NCBI RefSeq assembly: GCF_963921235.1
Contig: NC_086097.1
Span: 7,378,001 to 7,442,000 of the forward strand
Direction of reading: 5' to 3'
Length of the DNA: 64,000 bases
DNA from: Mobula hypostoma
Taxonomy: Eukaryota
Part shown: positions 1 through 11,606 of the stretch, piece by piece
Layout: every line of letters begins with the position of its first letter
Position numbering within the stretch: the stretch's first letter is position 1
Translations under genes and position numbers: made by a program
Notes under the pieces: model-generated
Databases searched by the model: none
What the model saw: only the letters and a program-made list of their open reading frames with translations
Told to the model about the DNA's origin: nothing

Positions 1-610
1 GAATGTAGAAGCAAGGAGATAGTGCTGAGCCTTTATAAGACACTAGTCAGGCCACATTTGGAGTATTGTCAACAGCTTGGGCCCCATATCTCAGAAAGGA
101 TGTGTTGTCATTGGTGAGAGTCCAGAGGAGTTTCATGAGCTTGATTCTGGAAATGAAGGGGTTAACATATGAGCAGCATTTGGCATCTCTGGGCTATACT
201 CACTGGAATTTAGAAGAATGCATGGGGATATCATTGAAACCTCCCAAATTTTGGAAGGGCTAGATAGAGGGGATGTGGAGAGGATGTTTCCTATGGTGGG
301 CTGCCCAGAACTAGAGGGCACAGCCTCAAAATTGAGGGGTGACCCTTTAGAACAGGGGTAAGGAGGATTTTTTTAGCCAGAGGTTAGTAAATCTGTGGAA
401 TGCTCTGCCACAGACTGCAGCAGAGACCAGGTCCGTGCATGTATTTAAGGCAGAAGTTGATTGTTTGCTGACCGGTCAGGACATCAAAGGATATGGGAGG
501 AAGGCAGGTGCATGGGGTTGAGTGGGTTCCTGATCAACCATAATGGAAAGGCGGAGCAGACCCAATGGGTTGAATAGCATAATTCTGCTCCCATGTCTTA
601 AGGTCTTATA
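1..610 (+). mobile_element. CR1 LINE 3' end, degenerate
   Basis: Broken frames give YKTLVRPHLEYCQQLG..RVQRSF and RTRGHSLKIEG; CR1-type 3' UTR ends in tcttaaggtctta. Confidence 0.9.
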
Positions 611-619
611 GACGATTTA

Positions 620-1850
620 GAAGGTAATAGGTAAAGCCAGGTGAGTAGGGGGAGATGTAGTGAGAAGCTGGGAAGTGATAACAGCATGATAATTCTTGAC
701 TGTGTCTCTTCCCACTCTGTCTCTTATAAAAGTGCTATTCCGTTTTCTCAGTTCCACCGTCTCCGCCGCATCTATTCCCAACATGAGTTTTCCTCTCCAG
801 AACATCAGGGATGTCCTCCTTCTTTAAATCGGGGTTTCCCTTCATTCACCATTTTTGCTGCCCTCACTCACGTCTCCTCTATTTCCTGGACATCCGTGCT
901 CAGCCCATCTTCCTGCTGACTAACAGTGATCAAGTTTACCACCTTTGTATCCAATATGTCATTTCCACAGCTTCTACCATCTACAAAGAGATATTACTAC
1001 CAAACGCATCTTTACCTCCCCCACTTCCCACCTACTGCACATTTTCAGCAGGGACTGCTGCTTCCGTCATTCCCTTGTCCATTCATCCCTCCCCACTAAT
1101 CTCCTTTCCAGCAATTATCCCTGCCAACAGCCAAAGTGCCATATCTGCTCATTCACCTCCTTCCTCACCTCCATTCAGGATCCCAAGCAGTCCTTCCCGG
1201 TAAGGCAACACTTCCCTGCGAATTTGCTGGAGTCATCTATTGTATCTGGTGCTCTCGATGCAACCTTCTCTACACTGGTGAGAAATTGTCCAGTACCTAT
1301 GCTCCATTCAATAAAAGCAGAATTTCCTGGTAGACAACCATTTTGATCCTATTCCTATTCCCATTGTAAAATGTCAGTCCGTGGCCTCCTCTCGTGCCAC
1401 TCTCAGAGTGGAGGAGCAACACATCATATTCCCTCTGGATAGCCTCCAGCCTAATGGCATGACCATCAATTTCTCCTTCAGGTGAAAATATTTTTTCCTC
1501 CCTCTTCCCCACTCTGGCTCCTTACCTCTTCTCCTCACCTGCCTATTTCCTCTTCCTGGTGCCCCTCCTTCTTCCTAGCCCATTCTCCTCTCCTATCAGA
1601 TTCTTCCTTCCCCACCCCTTTATCTTTCCCACCCTCCCAGCTTCATCCATCTCCTTCTAATGATCCTCCTTTCCTTCCATTCCTTTTTATTCTGGCATAT
1701 TCCCACTTCCTTTTCAGTCCTGATGAAGGGTCCTGGCCTGAAAAGTCAACTGTTAATTAACTTCTGCAGATGCTGCTCAACCTGCTGAGTTCCTACAGCA
1801 TTTTGTGTGTATTGCTTTAGATTTCCACTATCTGTAGATTTCCAGTGTCT
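620..1850 (+). mobile_element. Penelope-like element (Neptune-type) 3' part: RT C-terminus, GIY-YIG endonuclease, pseudo-LTR; short inverted piece at about 620-690
   Basis: AIPFSQFHRLRRI, a C-x4-C-x2-C linker (CQQPKCHIC) and the GIY-YIG motif GVIYCIWCSRCNLLYTGE; pLTR with hammerhead motif at 1715-1752. Confidence 0.88.
1715..1752 (+). ncRNA. Minimal type I hammerhead ribozyme motif (Penelope pLTR), partly mutated
   Basis: CAGTC-CTGATGA-AGGGTCCTGGCCT-GAAA-AGTC-AACTG. Confidence 0.65.
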
Positions 1851-2795
1851 GGCTAAAGAAATTCATCCTTATCTGTGTTCTAAAGTACTGCAGTATCTCA
1901 GACAGGTTGCCTTGAAGTTACTTGCAATTTCAAGATGGAGGAGGAAAATAAATAATTCTACAATCCTGACAAAAGTGAGTTTGGGCCCGCTTCGCACATT
2001 GTCTTTAACTTTTCACCAGTTCATTAGATCCATTTGTTGAGATGAAGGGGGTAGAGGATATTTGATGTTTCCTAAAACCACTTTGAGAACACCTCTTGAA
2101 ACTGTAGCTGTGTGTCGTACAACCTGCATGGTAATGGTATATGAATAATCCATAGATAGCGATCTCTGAATTCATCTGAAATAGCTGTGCTTCATTTTCA
2201 CTTGTCACTTACTTGATACTGCATGATTTTTTACAGTTTCAAAAACATTGTAAGAGCATAAAAGACTTCTCTGTGAGGGCTACAAAAACATTGCAAAAGC
2301 TGATTAGATCACAGGCAGTGACATGTCATTCTGCCCTCATATTTATGTGGGCTCAGGCATCAAATATCTCCTATATCGTTGTTTGCATAATGTGAATTTC
2401 AGAAAGCAAATGTTTATAATGTACAGGTGAAATGGAGTGTGACGGTGTTTGTACGTTGTGCAACTTGGTGTAAAGCACACTGTTTATATTGTACATTTAC
2501 AAAGCCTTTGTGGTCTGTAACCTCAGGGCAATCCATACATTGCTTGAGCATAGCAAATTGAACAACGTTAGTTCCTATGCAAACTTCCATAGAAATTCTA
2601 GCCTCTTGAATACTGATGACTGGAAATTTAAGGAAAGATAAGACCATTAAGTGGCTATCTTTCTTCTTTAACAGTTATCTTTGGTTCAAGGGTGAAGTAA
2701 AGTAAATTTATTATCAAAGTACATATATGTCAGGGTGGCGGGGTGGAGACACATCTCTACCGGAGGAAGTGTGAAGTGCTCCATCCCTCCACTAG

Positions 2796-5293
2796 AACAT
2801 AGAACATAGAATAGCACAGCACATTACAGGCCCTTCGGCCCACAATGTTGTGCCGACCATATAACCCCCAATTTAAATTTCTCCATATACCTGTCTAGTA
2901 GTCTCTTAAACTTCACTAGTGTATCTGCCTCCACCACTGACTCAGGCAGTGCATTCCACGCATCAACCACTCTCTGAGTAAAAAACCTTCCTCTAATATC
3001 CCCCTTGAACTTCCCATCCCTAACCTTAAAGACATGTCCTCTTCTATTGAGCAGTGGTGCCCTGGGGAAGAGGCGCTGGCTCTGCACTCGATCTATTCCT
3101 CTTATTATCTTGTACACCTCTATCATGTCTCCTCTCATCCTCCTTCTCTGCAAAGAGTAAAGCCCTAGCTCCCTTAATCTCTGATCATAATGCATAATCT
3201 CTAAACCAGGCAACATCCTGGTAAATCTCCTCTGTACCCTTTCCAATGCTTCCACATCCTTCCTAGAGTGAGGCGACCAGAACTGGACACAGTACTCCAA
3301 GTGTGGCCTAACCAGAGTTTTATAGAGCTGCATCATTACATCACGACTCTTAAACTCTATCCCTCAATTTATGAAAACTAACACCCCATAAGCTTTCTTA
3401 ACTACCCTATCTACCTGTGAAGCAACTTACAGGGATCTGTGGACATGTACCCCCAGATCCTTCTGCTCCTCCACACTACCAAGTATCCTTCCATTTACTT
3501 TGTACTCTGCCTTGGAGTTTGTCCTTCCAAAGTGTACCACCTCACACTTCTCCAGGTTGAACTCCATCTGCCACTTCTCAGCCCACTTCAGCATCCTATC
3601 AATGTCCCTCTGCAATCTTCGACAATCCTCTACACTATCTACAACACCACCAACCTTTGTGTCATCTGCAAACTTGCCAACCCACCCTTCTACCCCCACA
3701 TCCAGGTCGTTGATAAAAATCACGAAAAGTAGAGGTCCCAGAACTGATCCTTGTGGGACACCACCGGTCACAATCTTCCAATCTGAATGTACTCCCTCCA
3801 CCATGACCCTCTGCCTTCTGCAGGCAAGCCAATTCTGAATCCACCTGGCCAAACTTCCCTGGATCCCATACCTTCTGACTTTCTGAACAAGCCTACCGTG
3901 TGGAACCTTGTCAAATGCCTTACTAAAATCCATATAGATCACATCCACTACACTACCTTCATTTATATGCCTGGTCACCTCCTCAAAGAACTCTATCAGG
4001 CTTGTTAGACACGATCTGCCCTTCACAAAGCCATGCTGACTGTCCCTGATCAGACCATGATTCTCTAAATGCCCATAGATCCTATCTCTAAGAATCTTTT
4101 CCAACAGCTTTCCCACCACAGACGTAAGGTTCACTGGTCTATAATTACCCGAACTATCCCTACGACCTTTTTTGAACAAGGGGACAACATTCACCTCCCT
4201 CCAATCCTCCGGTACCATTCTCGTGGACAACGAGGACATAAAGGTCCTAGCCAGAGGCTCAGCAATCTCTTCCCTTGCCTCATGGAGCAGCCTGGGGAAT
4301 ATTCCATCAGGCCCTGGGGACTTACCTGTCCTAATATATTTTAAAAACTCCAACACCTCCTCTCCCTTAATATCAACATGCTCCAGAACATCAACCTCAC
4401 TCATATTGTCCTCACCATCATCAAGTTCCCTCACATTGGTGAATACCGAAGAGAAGTATTCACAGAGGACCTCGCTCACTTCCACAGCCTCCAGGCACAT
4501 CTTCCCACCTTTATCTCTAATCAGTCCTACCTTCACTCCTGTCATCCTTTTTTTCTTCACATAATTGAAGAATGCCTTGGGGTTTTCCTTTACCCTACTC
4601 ACCAAGGCCTTCTCATGCCCCCTTCTTGCTCTTCTCAGCCCCTTCTCAAGCTCCTTTTTTGCTTCCCTATATTCCTCAATAGACCCATCTGATCCTTGCT
4701 TCCTAAACCTCATGTATGCTGCCTTCTTCCACCTGACTAGATTTTCCACCTCACTTGTCACCCATGGTTCCTTCACCCTACCATTCTTTATCTTCCTCAC
4801 CGGGACAAATTTATCCCTAACATCCTGCAAGAGGTCTCTAAACATCGACCACATGTCTATAGTGCATTTCCCAGCAAAAACATCATCCCAATTCACAGCC
4901 ACAAGTTCTAGCCTTATAGCCTCATAATTTGCCCTTCCCCAGTTAAAAATTTTCCTATCCTCTCTGATTCTGTCCTTTTCCATGATAGTGCTGAAGGCTA
5001 GGGAGTGGTGGTCACTGTCCCCTAGATGCTCACCCACTGAGAGATCCGTGACCTGACCCGGTTTGTTCCCTATTACCAGATCTAGTCTGGCATTCCCCCT
5101 AGTCGGCCTGTCCACATACTGTTACGGGAATCCGTCCTGGACACACTCAACAAACTCTGCCCCATCTAAATCCTTGGAACTAATCAGGTGCCAATCAATA
5201 TTAGGGAAGTTAAAGTCACCCATGATAACAACCCTGTTATTTTTGCACCTTTCCAGAATCTGCCTCCCAATCTGCTCCACGGTATCTCTGTAT
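2796..5293 (-). mobile_element. Young 5'-truncated CR1 LINE
   Basis: End of APE endonuclease (MGDFNFPNIDW) through RT to a (ttctatg)n tail; one frameshift near 3427. Confidence 0.95.
3427..5115 (-). CDS. CR1 ORF2 fragment (reverse transcriptase), continued after a frameshift by 2824-3336
   Basis: 562-aa ORF with [37 protein letters not shown] and KFADD. Confidence 0.92.
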   Translation of the reverse strand: MDRPTRGNARLDLVIGNKPGQVTDLSVGEHLGDSDHHSLAFSTIMEKDRIREDRKIFNWGRANYEAIRLELVAVNWDDVFAGKCTIDMWSMFRDLLQDVRDKFVPVRKIKNGRVKEPWVTSEVENLVRWKKAAYMRFRKQGSDGSIEEYREAKKELEKGLRRARRGHEKALVSRVKENPKAFFNYVKKKRMTGVKVGLIRDKGGKMCLEAVEVSEVLCEYFSSVFTNVRELDDGEDNMSEVDVLEHVDIKGEEVLEFLKYIRTGKSPGPDGIFPRLLHEAREEIAEPLARTFMSSLSTRMVPEDWREVNVVPLFKKGRRDSSGNYRPVNLTSVVGKLLEKILRDRIYGHLENHGLIRDSQHGFVKGRSCLTSLIEFFEEVTRHINEGSVVDVIYMDFSKAFDKVPHGRLVQKVRRYGIQGSLARWIQNWLACRRQRVMVEGVHSDWKIVTGGVPQGSVLGPLLFVIFINDLDVGVEGWVGKFADDTKVGGVVDSVEDCRRLQRDIDRMLKWAEKWQMEFNLEKCEVVHFGRTNSKAEYKVNGRILGSVEEQKDLGVHVHRSL

Positions 5294-6009
5294 CGCTAGC
5301 GTGCAGGTCACCCTTGGGCAAGGTGTGGCTCCTCCTTAGCGCCACCCTCCCCAGTCATGGTTACGTGAAGCCATGGGAGGAGGTGGTAGATGGTTGTATG
5401 AGCAGCTGCTGCATATCACAATCCCTCGTGATGCGTCCACGGATGCCAGGCAGACAATCTCTGAAGAGTATTGATAATGACTGGGATCACCCATCTTGTA
5501 AAAACACTGCCCAGAAGAAGACAATGGCAAACTACTTCTGTAGAAAAATTTGCCAAGAAAGCATCATGGTCAAGACCATGATTGCCCATGTCATATGACA
5601 CAGCACATAATAATGATGATGATGATATATATGTCAGCGTATACAACTCTGAAATTCATTTTCTTATGGGAATACTCAATAAATCCAAGTACCATGATAG
5701 AATCAATGAAAATCTGTACCTAACAGGTGGGACAAATATCCAATGTGCAAAAGATAACAAACTGCAAACACAAAAGAAGAAAAAAAGAAACAATAAACAA
5801 ACAAACAAACAAACAAATAAATAAATAAGCAAGCAATAAATACTGAGAAAATGAGATGAAGGGTCCTTAAATGTGAGCCTATATGTTGTAGGAACAGTTC
5901 AGTGATGGGGCAAGTGAAGTTAAGTGGTTCCCTCTGCAATTCTTTAAGAATCTTTTATTCAAGATTGCTATCCTGGGACTTGTGCTGTTTAATTGTGGAA
6001 TGGATTTGA

Positions 6010-6490
6010 CCATAAGACCATAACACATACAGTAGGAGCAGAATTAGGCCATTCAGCCCATCTGCTCTATCGTTCAGTCATGGTTGATTTATATTCCCAT
6101 TCAACCCTATGTTCCCGCCTCCTCATTGTATTTGATAGCCTGATAAAATGAGCAACTATCAGTTTCCGTTTAATATATATCCAATGACTTGGCCTCAACA
6201 TGTGTCTGTGGTAATGAACTGCACAGTTTCATCACCCTCTGACTGAAGAAATTTCTCCTTATCTGTGTTCTAAAGTGATATCCTTTTATTCTGAGGCTGT
6301 GTCCTCTGGTCCTAGACCCTTCTACTATTTGAAACATCCTGTCTGCGTCAACTGGGCCTTTCAATATTCAGTAGGTTTCAATGAGGTTTCACCCTTGTTC
6401 TTCTAAATTCCAGTGAGTATGTGTCCAGAGCCATCAAACACACACTATATGTTAACCCTTCCATTCCTGGTATCATTCGTGTGAACACGA
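6010..6490 (-). mobile_element. CR1 3' remnant
   Basis: SRTRGHSLRIKG..FRTQIRRNFFSQRV; (cataagac)n tail. Confidence 0.85.
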
Positions 6491-6620
6491 CAAAATCTGC
6501 AGATGCTGTAAACCCAAAGCAACACACACAACATGCTGGAGGTACTCAGAAGATCAGGGAGTATCTGTGGAAAAGAGTAAACAGAGGATGTTTCTGACCA
6601 AGACTCTTCATCAGAATTCT
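6485..6620 (-). mobile_element. Short Penelope pLTR fragment with degenerate hammerhead
   Basis: Reverse complement reads CTGATGA-agagtcttggtca-GAAA-catc; tctgcagatgctg tail. Confidence 0.75.
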
Positions 6621-7084
6621 CCAGTAACGTTGGGAAGGATTCACCCACCCTGCTCATGGTCTGTCTGTCTCACTCCCATCAGGGCTACGTAGCATCCACA
6701 CCAGGACCACTAGACTCACAAACACTTACTTTCCTCAAGCAATAAGACTGATTAACACGGCCACTCACTAATTCCACCACTACTTTACTATTTCCCATCA
6801 GCCTAGCGTCACTTAATGGACATAAAATCAATATACAATGTACAATATACAATAAGCAATGTAGTTATATTTATGGGGTGCTTTATTATTATGTTCTTTA
6901 TCTATTTTTTGTGCTGCATCAGATCTGGAGTAACAATTATTTCATTCTCCTTTACACTTGTGTACTGGAAATGACAAACTATACTTTCCTACATTGTATT
7001 CCATCTGCTTTGGAGTGCTAGTAAGTGAGTTATTTACTGAAGGATAGGCAATCCTTGATCCTGCTCTTGTTCTTTAGGGCTTTG

Positions 7085-7330
7085 CAATGGCGGAGTTAAC
7101 AGAGTCGCATTTTCACAGCACCAGAAATCTGGTTCAATCCTGACCTGAGGTCCCGTCTGTATAGAGTTTGCACTTTCTCCCTGTAACCATGTTGATTTCA
7201 TCTGGATGCTCTGATTCAGTGACAGAATCGCAGAGGGGTTGAAAAAATGGGGAGAGTAAAAAATGCGTAATTTAGGATTAGTATAAATTGGTGGTTGATT
7301 GTTGGCAGGGTTTTGGTGTCCCAAAGGTAT
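7085..7330 (+). mobile_element. tRNA-derived V-SINE (HE1-like), degenerate
   Basis: B box ggttcaatcc followed by V-domain-like gagtttgcactttctccctgt. Confidence 0.7.
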
Positions 7331-8025
7331 AATCTATCTCAATGAATCTGTAGAAGCTGTGCATCTGTTCTCGATCTGCAATGTATTCAGTGCTGTGGGT
7401 TTATTAAAGTAACCAGTCATGAACGAGGGTGTGGTGAAAGTGAAGGGAATAAGTCACGTCTTCATGCTTTGATCATTGTAGTTTGTAGTAGCTAGGGACC
7501 AGCGGATTCCATATCTTTTGCTGACCACTCTGTACTGCTCAATTGTGCTTAGTTTACACTAGGGAATACTTAAATTTCATTGTTTCAAGATTGCACATTT
7601 GCTAATTGCTAATAAAGAATTAAATATATACCCCAACTTCTGGAGCAATTATTATTGGAGTGAGGGTACATCATACAAGTATGACAAATCCGTGGGGTCG
7701 TCGCCAGTGGCAATTACTTTGGTTTTGTTTTTGGACTGGTTTAGCTGCCACAGAATATATGACTCTAGGGTATTGATTGTGGTGAGACCCATGATATTCA
7801 TTGGGAATGAAAGTGTCATTCAATATCAAGGATATGTGTTTAGACTTCCCATGTCGAAACCAATAGTTGCCCAGATCTTCTCTGGTGCTAATGTTACTTC
7901 ATGCCATCGAGTCACAGAGTTAAATTGCATGGAAACTAGCCCTTCAGCCTAATGGATTCATTCTATCCATGATGCCCCATCCAAGCTAATGCCACTTCCC
8001 ATTGGTTAATCCATAGCCTTCTAAA

Positions 8026-8990
8026 CCAATCCACGTTCCTGTCCAATCTACGTATCTGTCCAATCCGTGTTCCTGTCCAATCCACGTTCCTGTCCAAACC
8101 GTGTACCTGTCCAATCCAAGTTCCTGTCCAATCCACGTTCCTGTCCAATCCACGTTCCCGTCCAAACCATGTACCTGTCCAATCCACGTTCCTGTCCAGT
8201 CCATGCTCCTGTCCAGTCCATGCTGCTGTCCAGTCCACTCACCTGTCCAGTCCACGCTCCTGCCCAGTCCATGCTGCTGTCCTGTCCACACTCCTGTCCA
8301 GTCCACACTCCTGTCCAGTCCACTCACCTGTCCAGTCCACGCTCCTGTCCAGTCCATGCTGCTGTCCAGTCCACGCTCCTGTCCAGTCCATGCACCTGTC
8401 CAATCCACGTTCCTGTCCAATCCACGTTCCTGTCCAAACCGTGCACCTGTCCAATCCACGTCCCTGTCCAATCCACGTTCCTGTCCAATCCACGTTCCCG
8501 TCCAAACCATGTACCTGTCCAATCCACGTTCCTGTCCAGTCCAGTCCACTCACCTGTCCAGTCCATGCTCCTGTCCAGTCCATGCTGCTGTCCAGTCCAC
8601 GCTCCTGTCCAGTCCGTGTTCCTGTCCAATCCGTGTACCTGTCCAATCCACGCTCCCGTCCAGTCCAGTCCACTCACCTGTCCAGTCCATGCTCCTGTCC
8701 AATCCACGTTCCTGTCCAATCCACGCTCCTGTCCAGTCCACGCTCCTGTCCAGTCCACTCACCTGTCCAGTCCACGCTCCTGTCCAGTCCATGCTGCTGT
8801 CCAGTCCACGCTCCTGTCCAGTCTGTGCACCTGTCCAATCCACGTTCCTGTCCAATCCACGCTCCTGTCCAGTCCACGCTCCTGTCCAGTCCACTCACCT
8901 GTCCAGTCCACGCTCCTGTCCAGTTCATGCTGCTGTCCAGTCCACGCTCCTGTCCAGTCCATGCACCTGTCCAATCCACATTCCTGTCCA
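8026..8990. repeat. 17-bp minisatellite (consensus TCCACGCTCCTGTCCAG), about 55 units with variants
   Basis: Directly visible tandem array; translated peptides repeat every 17 aa (51 nt). Confidence 0.97.
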
Positions 8991-9060
8991 TCTGACTTTA
9001 AGAGTTGTTATTCTCCCCATGTCATCACTTCTTCAAGAATTCATTTCACATACTGTAGAT

Positions 9061-9139
9061 CAGGGGTCCTAACCTTTTTTAAGCCATGGACCAATGCCAT
9101 TAAGCAAGGGGTCTGTGGACCCCAGATTGGGAACCCCTG
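9061..9139. mobile_element. About 80-bp hAT (Charlie-like) MITE
   Basis: TIRs caggggtcctaacct / gattgggaacccctg; imperfect 8-bp TSD ctgtagat / ctctggat. Confidence 0.8.
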
Positions 9140-9729
9140 CTCTGGATGTATTTAAGTACCTACTAAATCTTTATTCTCTCACCTTAAACCTGTGCCCTCT
9201 AGATCTTGATTCCACCACCCTGAAAGAAAGACTGAGCGCATTCACCCCCTTGAAGTTCCTCATGATTTTATGTCCTCCATAAAATCACCCCTCAGTCCCC
9301 TACCCTGTGCAATCTCTCCCTATAACCCAGTCCCTCATGTCCTGGCGACATCCACATAAATCTTTTCTGCATATTTTCCAATTTAGTAATATCCTCTCTG
9401 CAGCAGTGTAATGAAAACTGAGCATAATTCTCCAAGTGCAGCCTCACCAGCATCCTGTATAACCCCACCATGACTTCCCAACTGTTCCTCTCAATGCCCT
9501 GACTTATGAAAGCCAGTGTGCAAAAGGCCTTTTTCACCAGCCAGTGACTCCATTTTTAGCTAACCATGTACTTTACCGTATGGTCCCTTCATTCTACAAT
9601 ACTACCGGTGTTCTCTTCTCAAGGACCATGAACATATATCAATCTGTGTGCTGCTCAGGGTTTGCTTCATGTAGGCATGGACTTCTTCACTGGTTGACAA
9701 GACTTTAAGACCATAAGACCATAAGGATA

Positions 9730-10242
9730 CAGTACAGTCCCTAAGACTTTTGCACAATACTGTATTTGGCAACATGGAATGGAAAATGAGTTTGTAAATC
9801 TGTGGGAACAAAGGAGCTTGGGAATGGTGAGGGTGGGGTGCTGCGTGTAGGGTATCGGACAGGTGGCAGAGAAGGAGTACCAAGTGCAAGGGGTGGTGTA
9901 GGTGCAGACACACCCAGTCCTGAGATACCAGGCAAGGTCATTTGATTCCAAACAATTGGTTGATTGATCAGTACAGAATGTCTCTTTGGTGTTTTCCTTT
10001 CCCACTCTTCTCCATTCCCCTTTTCCCACCCATGATCCCCCTCTCCCTGCCTCCTTCCCACTCTCAGCCCACAGTCAAAACCCATATCAAAATCATGCTT
10101 ATCATCACTGACATATGTCATGAAATGTGTTTTTTGCAGTAGCAGCAGTACAGTGTATACATAAAGTTACCACAGTAATGTGCAAAAGTCCTGGGCACCA
10201 TGGCCACATATATATATATGAAAAGACCTTTGCACAGTACTG
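9730..10242 (+). mobile_element. Tc1-like compound non-autonomous element bounded by two mini-MITEs
   Basis: TIR type cagtactgtgcaaaagtc; TA on both sides; body repeated at about 11607-12020 and 52060-52280. Confidence 0.7.
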
Positions 10243-10799
10243 TAAGCTAATGAATTTGAATGCTGTGCCAGTAGCCAAAATCCTCACTTCTGACTTTATT
10301 GTCATGTGGACTGAATGTAATAGGCTGCAGACTGAATTTTGAGGTGCTATTTCCCACCAAAGGAAGACAAAATGGATTTTGCAACATTTGAAGTTTAATA
10401 TGCTTACCAATGCTTCAAGTTTGCCCTTCAGCAAGTCCTACCATCAATGGTGAGGGGGTGACCTCAGAGCGTTGTCTCCCTGTAAGCTGTTTATTTGTCC
10501 ACAACCATTCATAGCGCCATGTGAGAGAACTCCAGAGCTTTGATTTGACCCATTGATTGCATGTACGGTGCATTGCCTTTTCTGTTTAGTATGCATGTGG
10601 CACTGTACAAAAGTCTCACTGGGCTGGCATCTCAGTAGTTTTTACTTACTTCATAAAGTGGTCACTGAATGTATTTCTATCTAGCTCCATCCATTTGCAG
10701 CTTTTGGTTCAGAGTTTTGTGGCGTGAACCAGTCTTGCCATTCCTCTCTGTCTTCTCCTACTAAATACAAGGATTGTTTCTGCATCTTCCACCTCTCCG

Positions 10800-11017
10800 A
10801 AAATGAAGTCCGCATTGCAAGCCCATTTTAAACAGCAGCTCAAAACCTATTTATTTAACTGCTTTTAATTCACACCTGTTTGCCTTTTATTTTATCTTAT
10901 TCATATCTTTATTTTTATTTTATTTTCACATTTATACTTTTATCCCATCGTAAAGCACTTTGAATTCATCATCTGCATGAAAAGTGCTCTATAAATAAAG
11001 TTATTATTATTATTATT
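10800..11017 (+). mobile_element. L2 LINE 3' tail
   Basis: ctcaaaacctatttattt...gtaaagcactttga...aaagtgctctataaataaag(tta)n. Confidence 0.7.
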
Positions 11018-11323
11018 TGTTTTCCAGTGGAAACCAGACATATGACTCAACTTCCTGCTTATAATGGGGACTTTAATTTTCAGAACACATCTTTCTGGCA
11101 CTATTTATGTATTTTGTAATTTATAGTAATTTATATGTCTTTGTTCTGTAAAATTGTCACGAAACATCAAATTCTGTGACATACAGTATAAGTCAGTGAT
11201 TTAGAAACAAACTGATTTTCATTCTGGGAGTAAACTAAGTTTCTCAGAGGAAAAGGCAAGGATGAAACTTCACACAGAGACAAAATAAAAGCTTCTCCTG
11301 CTTCCTTTCCAGACTTAAAAAAG

Positions 11324-11460
11324 AAATTCTGAAGAAGGGTCTTGTCTCGAAATGTTGACTGTTTGTCCCCTGCTATAGATTCTGCCTGACTTGCTGAATT
11401 CCTCCAGCTTTTTGTGTGTGTTGTTCTGAAAGAATTTCTAACATTTGCAGAATCTCTCAT
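11324..11460 (+). mobile_element. Short Penelope pLTR fragment with hammerhead motif
   Basis: CTGAAGA-AGGGTCTTGTCTC-GAAA-TGTT-GACTG followed by the pLTR tail. Confidence 0.75.
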
Positions 11461-11606
11461 CTTCTAAATATTTTTTCCTAAAGACTTTACATCAATGACA
11501 CAGCAAAACGAAAATTAATTCAAGATTTGAAACACGATTTACATTATTCATTGATATTGTGGTGTGTTAGGTTTTCACAAATTCATTGCTTCAAGTGAAA
11601 TTTCAA

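Larger units (their letters stand above)
2734..5626 (+). mobile_element. RTE-related non-autonomous element (Bov-A-like tail) split by a CR1 (parts 2734-2795 and 5294-5626)
   Basis: 11-bp TSD atatatgtcag (2723-2733 / 5627-5637); gaagacaatggcaaactac motif; (gat)n tail; matches copies at 37630 and about 54145-54485. Confidence 0.8.
2695..5930 (-). mobile_element. Rex1/Babar-type LINE 3' tail hosting nested SINE and CR1 insertions
   Basis: aaagtaaatttattatcaaagtacatatatgtca...atacaactctgaaattc continues across the insertions; similar uninterrupted tail at about 40215-40540. Confidence 0.65.
7905..9620 (-). mobile_element. Old CR1 3' remnant containing a minisatellite and a hAT MITE
   Basis: ORF 9292-9537 (LVRLHLENYAQF..QKRF); CR1 3' UTR at 7905-8025. 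Confidence 0.8.

Noticed and set aside
7599..7952. 117-aa ORF in unique DNA as a host exon
   Set aside because: It starts at a non-ATG codon, has no recognisable domain or convincing splice sites, and runs into a CR1 tail.
8026..8990. CRISPR-like array
   Set aside because: The units are contiguous with no unique spacers, the context is eukaryotic and there are no cas genes.
8067..9155. Long Cys/Pro-rich ORFs (362, 323 and 201 aa) resembling keratin-associated or cornifin proteins
   Set aside because: All three plus frames are open only because the 17-bp unit has no stop codon; the array lies inside a CR1 remnant and has no gene context.
10405..10480. Small minus-strand exon candidate (acag..gtaagc)
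   Set aside because: The polypyrimidine tract is weak and all frames contain stops.
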